DNA of 64,000 bases from Ylistrum balloti (Eukaryota). Within the stretch, counting starts at the first letter, position 1; every line of letters starts with the position of its first letter. The stretch covers positions 1,364,001-1,428,000 of the forward strand of contig NW_026782298.1 of the NCBI RefSeq assembly GCF_031769215.1. Direction: 5' to 3'. Positions 1 to 12,510 of the stretch are shown piece after piece. The notes beneath the pieces were generated by a model. It did not search any database and was not told the DNA's origin. It was given only the letters and a program-made list of their open reading frames with translations. A program made the position numbers and the translations under genes.

Positions 1-1930
1 TGTCTTCCACCTACCATCTCGAGGGTTGTACAATAGACACTTATGAAGAAAAACTCTCAGTTGTAGATACAGTAGTTCTATGTTACGCATAAAACTGCAC
101 CGTGCAGTCGTTCTTTCCTTCTCGTTGATGCCAAGGACCTTAATTTTGAAATCTTTTAAAGAGTCGACTGATGAAAACCCAAAGTGACCGAGAGAAATTT
201 CAGAATAAAGATGATTCAATGATTTTATTTCTCCTATATCTGACAATTTGAGGTCACGTGGTGTACATACCGTTTACAGTAGCGATGGCTTAAAGATGTG
301 AGTGTAAATCATAGCGATTTGCGTACCCCGATCGTGTGTGTACCTGTGTGATCAGGTGTGATAAGTCAGCAATATAATGTTCTCTTTCACACTTTCCTCC
401 AGATAAAAGTACGTCCTTAAGGGTAAGGGTATTGACTTAACCGACAGGTCACAGGACACCTGTAAACAACAATACGATCACTTCACACTATAGATATAGC
501 TGTTAATGTTTTTCTTGGTCTTCAACATCTTTAAATGGGAAAAAATGTGAATAAAAACTGTAAAACAGTTTTAAAAGCTTTGTCGATAGTCAACAAGTCG
601 TTATATAAGATCTGATGGTCGATAATGAACAGTGTTAAACGTGATTTGATGAAGATTTAAACTTTAGTGAGTAACTCTCCTGTTGTTCTATAAAATGCTG
701 ACTGCACGTGACGTTTGACTAACAGTAATGATTACAGAGAATATATTTGCTGTCCTGACAAGCATGTCCACAGTGGTAAGGAAACATACATCTTATTGCC
801 TGAAATCCCGTTATATGAGACCACTCTTCAGAAGTCGATTAGGTTTTTCACAGGGCAGACTATAGAGTGTAAAAAACCTATTTAATATTGGAATCAATTA
901 AGTATTCATGAAAGCTTCACATGACAAACTACAGAGAATATATTTTCTATATAAAATTGCAATAAAGCCTCGATCAAACACCTAAACGGCCTTACATACG
1001 TCATAATTTATACAGCAGAAACCGGAACCATGTTTGATCAGATGTATAAGTGTGTCAGCGGAGACAATCACCACCGTCCAACCGATATATATATATATAT
1101 GTGTATACAGCCAAGGTCACTACCCATTTACCTACATCTCTGACAAGGCACAACACCATTAACCATATCTTGTAGCAGGTCGTATAATAGATGATAGTGC
1201 AGTTTTTAATAATATTAAAATATGAATGAAAATAGGGCTAAAACAAATTAGAAATATTTGTCTGCAGACTCGTTTATCGGAACATCCTGCGGTTTCCTGT
1301 CAAAATACTGAATTATATTATAATGTTACTGAAAAACTTGACAGCAAAGCCTTATACAGGTGGTTAAATCACCACAAGTCAGGACTGCAATAAAAATTCA
1401 CACCTACGATGATTTTGATTTCCCCAAATAGAGAATCAGTCCTGCGTGTGTAACACCCGATATATCCTGCAGTAGAGGGGGTTACCATGACCTAACGCAC
1501 TCAGTCATAGCGTTTAATTACTATCCTTATCATCTAAATACATTATGTCATATCTAGCCTTTGAACCCTATATTGAACACTTCAGTCTGAAAATTGATAT
1601 TTTGATTGCTCACGAGAACAGTCATTGCACTCTGTGAACGTAAGGCTCGACGACACACCCAGGAAAATCTGGCTGAAGTATTGTTAAAACGCAAACAAAA
1701 CAAGACAAAAAATATCCAAACATTATATATGTATTAGCAGTACACTTCACTTCTGGCTATTTTATGTTTTATTTCAAGTTAGACAGTAAACAAACATATA
1801 TATTGTAAATGATGAAACGGTTTGTATCTAATAATTTCTTTGTATATCAAACAGGTATTGTCATCAACACCGAATACCCAGTTATTTTATAGGGATATAT
1901 AGACCCGTTATATCAAAGCGTTATATAAGA

Positions 1931-2177
1931 CCAGGCCCCACTTGTACAAAACATCTCAACTTGAGATTTCCTCAAGCCCAGATTTTCCTCAGCTAATATC
2001 TCCTTGAAAATATCTTGTATGAAAATTCCTCAAGGAATTTCAGGACATCCTAGCCGATGCATTCCTCCTGTTCCTTGAGAAAATTTTATACAAGCCGTTT
2101 TTGAGGAGATATCAGCTGAGGAAAATCTCGACTTGAGGAAATCTCAAGTTGAGATGTTTTATACAAGTGGGGCCCGG
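1931..2177. mobile_element. Foldback MITE, copy 1 (247 bp)
   Basis: Near-perfect ~80-bp TIR (CCAGGCCCCACTTGTA[C/T]AAAACATCTCAACTTGAGATTTCCTCAAG...), imperfectly extending to ~110 bp. Non-coding. Second copy at 19063-19309. Confidence 0.9.
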
Positions 2178-2920
2178 TATATTACAGGGTTATATGGACC
2201 CGGTATATTACAGGGTTATATAGACCCGGTACATTACAGGGTTATATAGACCCGGTACATTACAGGGTTATATAGACCCAGTATATTACAGGGTTATATA
2301 GACCCGGTACATTACAGGGTTATATAGACCCGGTACATTACAGGGTTATATAGACCCGGTACATTACAGGGTTATATAGACCCAGTACATTACAGGGTTA
2401 TATAGACCCGGTACATTACAGGATTATATAGACCCGGTACATTACAGGGTTATATAGACCCGGTACATTACAGGGTTATATAGACCCGGTACATTACAGG
2501 GTTATATAGACCCGGTACATTACAGGGTTATATAGACCCGGTACATTACAGGGTTATATAGACCCGGTACATTACAGGATTATATAGACCCGGTACATTA
2601 CAGGGTTATATAGACCCGGTACATTACAGGGTTATATAGACCCGGTACATTACAGGGTTATATAGACCCGGTACATTACAGGGTTATATAGACCCGGTAC
2701 ATTACAGGGTTATATAGACCCGGTACATTACAGGGTTATGTAGACCCGGTACATTACAGGGTTATGTAGACCCGGTACATTACAGGGTTATGTAGACCCG
2801 GTACATTACAGGGTTATGTAGACCCGGTACATTACAGGGTTATGTAGACCCGGTACATTACAGGGTTATATAGACCCGGTACATTACAGGATTATATAGA
2901 CCCAGTATATTACAGGGTTA
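2175..2920. repeat. 26-bp minisatellite (GGGTTATATAGACCCGGTACATTACA), ~28 copies
   Basis: Read directly; highly homogeneous tandem units. Confidence 0.97.
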
Positions 2921-4250
2921 TAATGTATCCAGACATCGTTGTCTTATGATATAATTATGTGTAGTAAGTTCTCTTTAGATCTGAACCTTATTGATTGCCG
3001 ATCGATTAATAAGAATTGAAGGTTTATTTTCTATTTTGAGTTTTTCCTTTTTTTATTTCTATGACGTTCTGAGAAAACTGGATTTCTGATTATAATACCT
3101 TGGAGGTTAAATATATGTCTTTATCTTTAAATTACTTTTCAGTTTCTTTTCGCCGATTAATATCAGAAAGCAATATGTATTTTGGACATTTCTACCTAGA
3201 AATCGAAGAAAGAACAGCTTTTTTCGTGGCAAGAAAGTACAGTGTCCTTTCCGTGGTCATAGCAACCATCAAGACGACAGACAACCAAATGAATTTCATC
3301 AACAACATTAAATTGTGTTCAATTATTAAAGATATAAAAAGACATTAAATGTGTCGCTACAGTTTGGTTCGTGTTCGTCACAACATTCACCGAATGTGAG
3401 AGTTTATCTCTGTTGTATCTGGTTGTAATGTGATTTACATGAATTTCGTTCATCGCTATGTAAGTTAGTGTGTGCTACACAAGGATGCTGGGACTACGGG
3501 TTCCTTTTATCTAAAGCATGACGCTGTGGTCATAGAAGTTGTTTTTAAATTTATATTTTTATGGTCGTATTCGTCAATTGTTCAGAATCCCTAGTGAGCT
3601 TAGCGTAATGTTGGCTATTGTTTACGTTATTTTGTGTTTCATAACATAATATTAAACCATATATGGTCATGCAAAAAACAAAAAAAAGTGTAATTTTTCG
3701 AAGTATTTCAGACTGAACGCTTCATTAATTCATCCGAACAAGTATTTCCAATTTAACAAAATAACAAGACAGACGTAAGGTAAAAACGACCAGTAAGATA
3801 TTGTATAAAGCCATTCTTTCCGTCTTATAACCTCTCAGTTAACGGGTCCCTTTAATGGTTTGCGAGTCTTCCTCCATTCATGATTTCATAGTTAAGACAA
3901 GGTGTCGACCGTCGGTGACCCGACAACTCTTCGACGTTAATGAGTTCCTTATTTCGGGGTCGTGTTTCACAAACAATTAATCGTTTACGTGGTTCACTCT
4001 ATAACAGATATCGTGATAAGACGAAATGAAAATCAAGCCACTATATAGTTGTGTACCCGTGAGTTTGCGAAACAACGGCGGTCCACTGTCACCCAGTACG
4101 CGGCCATCTATAAAACCAGAGAGGTCACCGGTCAATAGGAATTTCCGTTATCTTAAGCGATTGTAAGTAAAATTTCATTGAATATTAAATTCTAAAGAAA
4201 TTCTAATTTTGTTATCACGAGACGGTATGTCTGAAGGGATGGCACTTCGT

Positions 4251-4362
4251 ATAAAACTGGTAGATCAAGTGAGATCCGAATGTAGTAGAATATCTGTCAC
4301 TTGTGTATAACACTGGTATATCAAGTGAGATCCGAACGTAGTAGCATATCTGTCACTTGTGT
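4251..4362. repeat. 56-bp tandem duplication (2 copies)
   Basis: atcaagtgagatccgaa..gtag.atatctgtcacttgtgt at 4264 and 4320. Confidence 0.85.
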
Positions 4363-4544
4363 CAGAAATAGAAATTTTGACACGATTAAAATGTCACTCT
4401 ATTTACCATCAGTATATTGATCATTACAGACTCCTGGCCGAACTTTTGATATGTATAAACTTAGTTTTCACTGATTACTTCGGGAGTTGTATCAACTGAT
4501 ACCAGTCATGGTGGTCCTAAGAAGGACCGTTTTAGGTAGCTAAT

Positions 4545-4600
4545 TTGTAGAACGCAGAGGTACTCCGAAACACCCGGTCAGAGATTCGAACACCGACCGC
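4545..4600 (-). mobile_element. Possible old SINE remnant (B-box-like hairpin)
   Basis: Minus strand GGTCGG-TGTTCGAATCT-CTGACC hairpin (4576-4598) with a B-box-like loop. No A box is recognisable. Confidence 0.25.
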
Positions 4601-4856
4601 CCTGTGCGTATGAGTTTTCATGAAACTGGAAAAATATTGAAGATTGTTCGCTGGTGCTGTTTATAACTTCACAAAGCATTCAATTTTATTAATCATGCTG
4701 TTCTGTTACTTCTATGGACGCTTATGCTATGTCACTTCTTTCACTATGATGGCATACTGTGGGTTATGGTGATGTCTGACTTCATACCTGTAGATATCCG
4801 TGTTTCTCAAAACATTTAGATTGGAAATTTACGATATCAATTACTATCAAAAATAC

Positions 4857-6690
4857 ACGTAAAACACAAGTTTAGGATATTCTACCAGGATCAGGTGTAA
4901 AACACGAGGTTAGGATATACTACCAGTATCAGGTGTAAAACACGAGGTTAGGATATATCACCAGGATCAGGTGTAAAACACGAGGTTAGGATGTACTACC
5001 TGGATCAGGTGTAAAACACGAGGTTAGGATATACTACCTGGATCAGGTGTAAAACACGAGGTTAGGATATACTACCAGGATCAGGTGTAAAACACGAGGT
5101 TAGGATATACTACTATTATTAGGTGTAAAACACGAGGTTAGGATATACTACCTGGATCAGGTGTAAAACACGAGGTTAGGATATACTACCAGGATCAGGT
5201 GTAAAACACGAGGTTAGGATATACTACCAGGATCAGGTGTAAAATACTAGGTTAGGATATACTACCAGGATCAGGTGTAAAACACGAGGTTAGGATATAC
5301 TACCAGGATCAGGTGTAAAACACGAGGTTAGGATATACTACCTGGATCAGGTGTAAAAGACGAGGTTAGGATATACTACCTGGATCAGGTGTAAAAGACG
5401 AGGTTAGGATATATCACCAGGATCAGGTGTAAAACACGAGGTTAGGATATACTACCAGGATTAGGTGTAAAACACGAGGTTAGGATGTACTACCTGGATC
5501 AGGTGTAAAACACGAGGTTAGGATATACTACCTGGATCAGGTGTAAAACACGAGGTTAGGATATACTACCTGGATCAGGTGTAAAACACGAGGTTAGGAT
5601 ATTCTACCTGGATCAGGTGTAAAACACGAGGTTAGGATATATCACCAGGATCAGGTGTAAAACACGAGGTTAGGATATACTACCAGGATTAGGTGTAAAA
5701 CACGAGGTTAGGATATACTACCTGGATCAGGTGTAAAACACGAGGTTAGGATATACTACCTGGATCAGGTGTAAAACACGAGGTTAGGATATACTACCTG
5801 GATCAGGTGTAAAACACGAGGTTAGGATATACTACCTGGATCAGGTGTAAAACACGAGGTTAGGATATACTACCTGGATCAGGTGTAAAACACGAGGTTA
5901 GGATATATCACCAGGATCAGGTGTAAAACACGAGGTTAGGATATACTACCTGGATCAGGTGTAAAACACGAGGTTAGGATATATCACCAGGATCAGGTGT
6001 AAAACACGAGGTTAGGATATACTACCAGGATTAGGTGTAAAACACGAGGTTAGGATATACTACCAGGATTAGGTGTAAAACACGAGGTTAGGATGTACTA
6101 CCTGGATCAGGTGTAAAACACGAGGTTAGGATATACTACCTGGATCAGGTGTAAAACACGAGGTTAGGATATACTACCTGGATCAGGTGTAAAACACGAG
6201 GTTAGGATATTCTACCTGGATCAGGTGTAAAACACGAGGTTAGGATATATCACCAGGATCAGGTGTAAAACACGAGGTTAGGATATACTACCAGGATTAG
6301 GTGTAAAACACGAGGTTAGGATATACTACCTGGATCAGGTGTAAAACACGAGGTTAGGATATACTACCTGGATCAGGTGTAAAACACGAGGTTAGGATAT
6401 ACTACCTGGATCAGGTGTAAAACACGAGGTTAGGATATACTACCTGGATCAGGTGTAAAACACGAGGTTAGGATATACTACCTGGATCAGGTGTAAAACA
6501 CGAGGTTAGGATATATCACCAGGATCAGGTGTAAAACACGAGGTTAGGATATACTACCAGGATTAGGTGTAAAACACGAGGTTAGGATATACTACCTGGA
6601 TCAGGTGTAAAACACGAGGTTAGGATAAACTACCTGGATCAGGTGTAAAACACGAGGTTAGGATATATTACTGTCATTAGGTGTAAAACA
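4857..6690. repeat. 38-bp minisatellite (GGATCAGGTGTAAAACACGAGGTTAGGATATACTACC[A/T]), ~48 copies
   Basis: Read directly. Confidence 0.97.
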
Positions 6691-9206
6691 AACAAGACAA
6701 TACCAACACGACAACAAGATGAATACCAGGTGTTCCGGAAGAGTAAACGACACCCGCCATATTTATATTGGACAATCCGACCAAGTTATGACACATTTTC
6801 AAATGACAAACCCTTGCAGTGTCACCGTTTTATGTTTAGTGCGGAATGTCACCAAATGATACATGCACCTTTACGATAAAACTTGTGTACCGCGTTCTCT
6901 ACATCCGTCGCGTGTTACTGGTTATTACGGGTGCCCATTTTAAATGGCGCGTCAAAAAATTGACAAATGCTAAAAAAATATCAAGCTTCTGGATTGGTTC
7001 AATGTGGTATGGCATACGTTGTACGCTTTCATGTCAGTCATTCTGTTATTTCTCAGATGCAGCATCTGAAACTTAGCGGGTATGTTGACGGGTGTGTGAA
7101 GACAGGAAATGCAAGTCCTATTCATCACCGCAAACAGGCTTAGATGACAGTGGAGCGTCAATATTTGGGTTAGCCGGCGTAACGTCAACAGACGTTTGAG
7201 CAATTGACGGAAGATCACCAGACGTGGCATATTATGTCAAATGAAATCGGTTTTTCACTTAAACCTGAATGAAAAGGAATGGGGTCACCTGCCCGGGTAC
7301 TCCAGTTACCTATCACACTAAAACGTCTCGTGCTATTCTATCCGTAACTACAAAACTGATTAATAAAGTCTGATAGTTTTGTTTGTCTATAAAAATAAAC
7401 ATATATTATTAAATAACAAACAATGATTACCAAGTTTATCATATTCTAGCCGTGTGTATATTTAGTGACTACCCCCCCTCCATCCCCCCCTCCGTTTACA
7501 GACAACCTCATCCATAATGCATTACCTATCAAAACAGAATCTGTTATGGTATGAGATAGGTACGTTTGTTACTTTCTGATTAGCAGATTCCGTGAAGCCT
7601 TTTTCAGGTTATCCCATTAGTTCGGACTCGTTACTACCTCAGAGTTCTCATACCACCAGGAGACGAGTTCGTAACGATGGAGGCTGGAGGTGCCGTCCGG
7701 ATCGGGAAATAGCGATGTATTTACTACACATGACCCTGTCCTTATGTATGTGTAGGGCTATATTACAAAGATTTGCATTAGATTAGACCTCTGCAGATAA
7801 GATCTGTGTCGGTACATATACGGTATCTGATACACGATGTATGCCGGGGTGATACGCTGCAGTGATAGAAGAGGTAATTGAATATATATATATATATATG
7901 TATATACCTATTGCAGTTTTCAGTAATTTGAAGAAATGTCATGTTGGCTGAGTGACTGTAACTAATATTTCAAAAACAAGGGATATTTAGATAGTTTTCA
8001 AATCATGATATTACACAATAATTTGACATTAAAAAGTGTCACACATGGAGTTACAAAGGTGTGAAATTGATTTTTAGTAGAGAGTTTGCCTGAGAACGGG
8101 TGATTCACATCCCCTGTCGCGATGTCACAGGTTTACACCTTCAACATTCACGGGCATCAATTCAAAGTTTAGTGATTAAAATATTTCAATTTAAGTCCTT
8201 ACCAGAACGATACCCATTAATTTCAAAGCTGAATAATCCCGAACAGACTCCCTAATGCAACGCCTTTTAAAATCAGTATAAAATAAAAACGTATTTTTTT
8301 CAATATACAACCATTTTAGAAGCCACACTAATTGATCGATCTTGGCCATAAAGAAATAGACAAGATAAAAATTTAAAACCCGGTAATTCTTTAAGTGATG
8401 TCGACTCAATAAAAAACATGATGAACACCATAGGAATGTCCACAGGAATTACAAAAAAATGCAAATGATGGGGGATACTGTTTAATCGGGTCTGAAAAAT
8501 TCAATGATCAAAAATTTAATTACATATGCTAGGTCATCGTCGGTTCATCTAACGACCAAAACTACATTAAGTAGTCACCGATCCATCTAGAATACGGTAA
8601 TTGATTTACAGGAATACATACTGTTATTTGCGAGGCACGTGCTCACGATTGTAGATCGAATTTGCACATGAAAAGTAAATCTGGTGTAGATAGATACTAG
8701 ATACAGACTGACAATTCATGGGTGTTCTATCGGGATGTATCACAGAGTCGTCATTATTATGTTTGTGCGACTGGCGTCATTAGATACCTGTAAGAGATGA
8801 AGGGATACGTTGGAAACGCATGGCAACCTACACAGGAACGACCTGACTAAATCAGTTTTTGTAGCTTTGTACTGGAGAAGAAAATACTTTTCCTCCACAA
8901 GTGGGACAGTTTATACTGTCTAAGTTAGCCGTCCTTTCGTGTAATATCCGTAACAGCAGAGTTATTAGTCAGGATATTAACCACTCGTGTAGCGTTGATT
9001 ACCGTATATTTGATAGGAAATTAAAGGGAGATAACAAAATTATTGTGAAATTAAATATATTTTGCTTATCTAGAGGAAATCTAGATATCACATGAATAAT
9101 TAGAACCTGGACTGTGTGACTCATCATTAATATATATCCATTCTTGCTTTCCTTTCTCTGTAAAAAATCAATTTTTAGTACTTAAACATTTCATTTCTTT
9201 AGGGCA

Positions 9207-10313
9207 GTATTTTGTCTCTACTTCACTACGACTACAGTGTCAGTCCTGTATTTTGTCTCTACTTCACTACGACTACAGTGTCAGTCCTGTATTTTGTCTC
9301 CTCTACTTCACTACGACTACAGTGTCAGTCCTGTATTTTGACTACGACTACAGTGTCAGTCCTGTATTTTGTCTCCTCTACTTCACTACGACTACAGTGT
9401 CAGTCCTGTATTTTGTCTCCTCTACTTCACTACGACTACAGTGTCAGTGCTGTATTTTGTCTCTACTTCACTACGACTACAGTGTCAGTGCTGTATTTTG
9501 TCTCTACTTCACTACGACTACAGTGTCAGTCCTGTATTTTGTCTCTACTTCACTACGACTACAGTGTCAGTCCTGTATTTTGTCTCTTCTTCACTACGAC
9601 TACAGTGTCAGTCCTGTATTTTGTCTCCTCTACTTCACTACGACTACAGTGTCAGTCCTGTATGTTGTCTCCTCTACTTCACTACGACTACAGTGTCAGT
9701 CCTGTATGTTGTCTCCTCTACTTCACTACGACTACATTGTCAGTCCTGTATGTTGTCTCCTCTACTTCACTACGACTACAGTGTCAGTGCTGTATTTTGT
9801 CTCTACTTCAGTACGACTACAGTGTCAGTGCTGTATTTTGTCTCTACTTCAGTACGACTACAGTGTCAGTCCTGTATGTTGTCTCTACTTCACTACGACT
9901 ACAGTGTCAGTCCTGTATTTTGTCTCTACTTCACTACGACTACAGTGTCAGTCCTGTATTTTGTCTCCTTTACTTCACTACGACTACAGTGTCAGTGCTG
10001 TATTTTGTCTCTACTTCACTACGACTACAGTGTCAGTCCTGTATGTTGTCTCTACTTCACTACGACTACAGTGTCAGTCCTGTATTTTGTCTCTACTTCA
10101 CTTCGACTACAGTGTCAGTCCTGTATTTTGTCTCACTACGACTACAGTGTCAGTGCTGTATTTTGTCTCTACTTCACTACGACTACAGTGTCAGTCCTGT
10201 ATTTTGTATCTACTTCACTACGACTACAGTGTCAGTCCTGTATTTTGTCTCCTCTACTTCACTACGACTACAGAGTCAGTTCTGTATTTTGTCTCTACTT
10301 CACTACGACTACT
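9207..10313. repeat. 41/44-bp minisatellite (CTACTTCACTACGACTACAGTGTCAGTCCTGTATTTTGTCT[CCT]), ~26 copies
   Basis: Read directly; explains the three overlapping + ORFs at 9212-10460. Confidence 0.96.
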
Positions 10314-10644
10314 TGCTATTCCAATAATTTACGACAGTTTACAGCCTCTAAACAGAGATTTACTAATACAAAGAAACTGGTTAAAAACCGTCAGATTGTA
10401 AATGTTTTTTCAGTCTGGTTTGGTTGGTTTAATTTAGCTGTATCTTCTTTGGTGAATTAAAAACATGAACAGCGTTCTAGTCATGCCCGGTATGGTCACA
10501 GAAATGTTCACTTTCGCTTTGCGTCATTAGGTCATATTAAAACTGATGTTATTTTTAGCGAATGAGTTGTTGTAACATAGAAGTGATAAGTAAACAAGGT
10601 GCTGTACTAGATTAGTTAGCTTATTCAGACTGTGTGGCTACATG

Positions 10645-11170
10645 AGCGTCTGTAACGGTATGTCCGTCTGTCTGTAACAGTATGTCTGTTTGTAACGTTA
10701 TGTCTGTCTGTAACAGTATGTCTGTACCAGTATGTCCATCTGTAACAGTATGTCCGTCTGTCTGTAACAATATGTCTGTTTGTAACGGTATGTTTGTAAC
10801 AGTATGTCAGGCTGTACCGGTATATCTGTCTGTAGCAGTATGTCCGTCTGTCTGTAACAATGTATGTCTGTAACAGTATGTTTGTAACAGTATGTCAGGC
10901 TGTACCGCTATGTCTGTCTGTAACAATGTGCCTATTTGTAACAATATGTCAGGCTGTACCGGTATGTCTGTCTGTAGCAGTATTTCCGTCTTTCTGTAAC
11001 AATGTCTGTCTGTAACAGTATGTTTGTAACAGTATGTCAGGCTGTACCGGTATGTCTGTCTGTAACAGTATGTCCGTCTGTCTGTAACAATGTGTCTGTT
11101 TGTAACGGCATGTTTGTACCGGTATGTCTGTCTGTAACAGTATGTCCGTCTGTCTGTAACAATATGTACC
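10645..11170. repeat. Degenerate 18-22-bp tandem repeat (GTATGTC[C/T]GTCTGT..AACA)
   Basis: Recurrent tgtaaca/gtatgt/ctgt blocks. Confidence 0.85.
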
Positions 11171-12047
11171 GGAATGGCTGTCGTTAACAGTATTTCCCTA
11201 CCTACAGTTATTGCTTGTCTATCGTGCTAGAGTGTTTTTGTCAATATCTATATACACACTCTAGTCTCGGATACTCGGTCTATTTATGGCTGATTTAACA
11301 TACATTTTTACCTGTACGAGATATTCTATATTAGTCAATGGGGTTAAAAGTTCGATCAACCTTTCGTAATATCTATATATAAGCAAGTGTCTGTATTATG
11401 ATGACTCGTGGAGCGGTTATCGGGGTGCGTCTGTAGATTCCGCGTTACCAGATACAGCGCGATAACATACGATCTCGGCAATCCGTCAGTCATACGCCTT
11501 TCATCATAATCACACCGCCCTGCTCGCGAACAAAGTGTGTCTTCAGTTTGCGCTACAATTGTGGGGCATATATTTCACACGTATTTCCTCCCCATGCAGG
11601 GATACTGATACAGTTGTATCCGGACCACCAAACACTATCATCTGCTGCATATTCCCGCCCCTGGTGACGTCCAACGTACCTCACGTGACCTCTACACGTG
11701 CCGTGGATATCAAATAATCCTGAAGGACTTTGTTAATTGTGCTAGTAAGACTATATTTTCCTTTTAAGGTGAATATATCTTTGTCTTTCTAGACGTATCT
11801 ATGATACATCGTGGTATACCTGGTGTCGTCTTACGCTAACTGTCACCGCTCAGGCGTAAATCGTTTGTAATGCTAATCTACATACGTTTACGTGTTTAAG
11901 GAAAACACAGTTTTCATAGCACTCCTTACGGTTGGTGATTGTGATCATATATAATGACGATGCATATGAAAGTGTACTTCTGAGAGTTTGATAGTGAACC
12001 AAGAATAGAATTTAGATACAAGTGTCTTCCCTCTCTTGTAAAAGATA

Positions 12048-12222
12048 TTACGTCACCAGTATAGAATATAGATATCAGTGTGTATCTTAACTGACCAGTG
12101 CAAATTATATATGACGTCACTAGTATAGAATATCTGTGTGTATCTTAACTGACCAGTGCAAAATATGACGTCACCAATATAGAATATATATATATATATG
12201 TGTGTGTGTGTATCTTAACTGA
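12048..12222. repeat. ~55-60-bp tandem triplication carrying CRE-like (TGACGTCA) motifs
   Basis: [t/a]gacgtcac.agtatagaatat...gtgtgtatcttaactga repeated about three times. Confidence 0.8.
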
Positions 12223-12308
12223 TTTCAAATTAAAGTCGTCATAATTGCTTTGAATCTTTAGAAAATATTGCTAGCTCAATATTTTTCTTCAAATTTATAT
12301 TACTTGAT

Positions 12309-12510
12309 AACAAAGGTATAAATCTTGGTGTCGTTAGAGGTCGCTGTTATGCTATAACAGAGGTATACGTCTTGATGTCGTTAGAGGTCGCTGTTATGCT
12401 ATAACAGAGGTATAAGTCTTGATGTCGTTAGAGGTCGCTGTTACGTGATAACAGAGGTATAAGCCTTGGTCTCGTTAGAGGTCGCTGTCACGTGAGAACA
12501 GAGATATAAA
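12309..12510. repeat. 47-bp tandem repeat, ~4 copies
   Basis: aacagaggtataagtcttgatgtcgttagaggtcgctgttatgctat units. Confidence 0.9.

Noticed and set aside
1-255. Minus-strand frame open ~80 codons to the window edge (...KDFKIKVLGINEKERTTARCSF...)
   Set aside because: No recognisable motif, and the length is within the noise shown by many 60-100-aa ORFs; needs the adjacent window.
2175-6690. CRISPR-like appearance of the 26-47-bp repeats
   Set aside because: Units are head-to-tail with no unique spacers, there are no cas genes, and the context is eukaryotic.
7281-7318. CCGGGTACTCC motif reminiscent of invertebrate SINE cores
   Set aside because: Only ~11 matching bases and no tRNA head nearby.
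9212-10460. Three overlapping 360-380-aa + strand ORFs
   Set aside because: The 41/44-bp unit has no stop triplet on the + strand, so all frames stay open. The starts are not ATG and the peptides are pure repeat.
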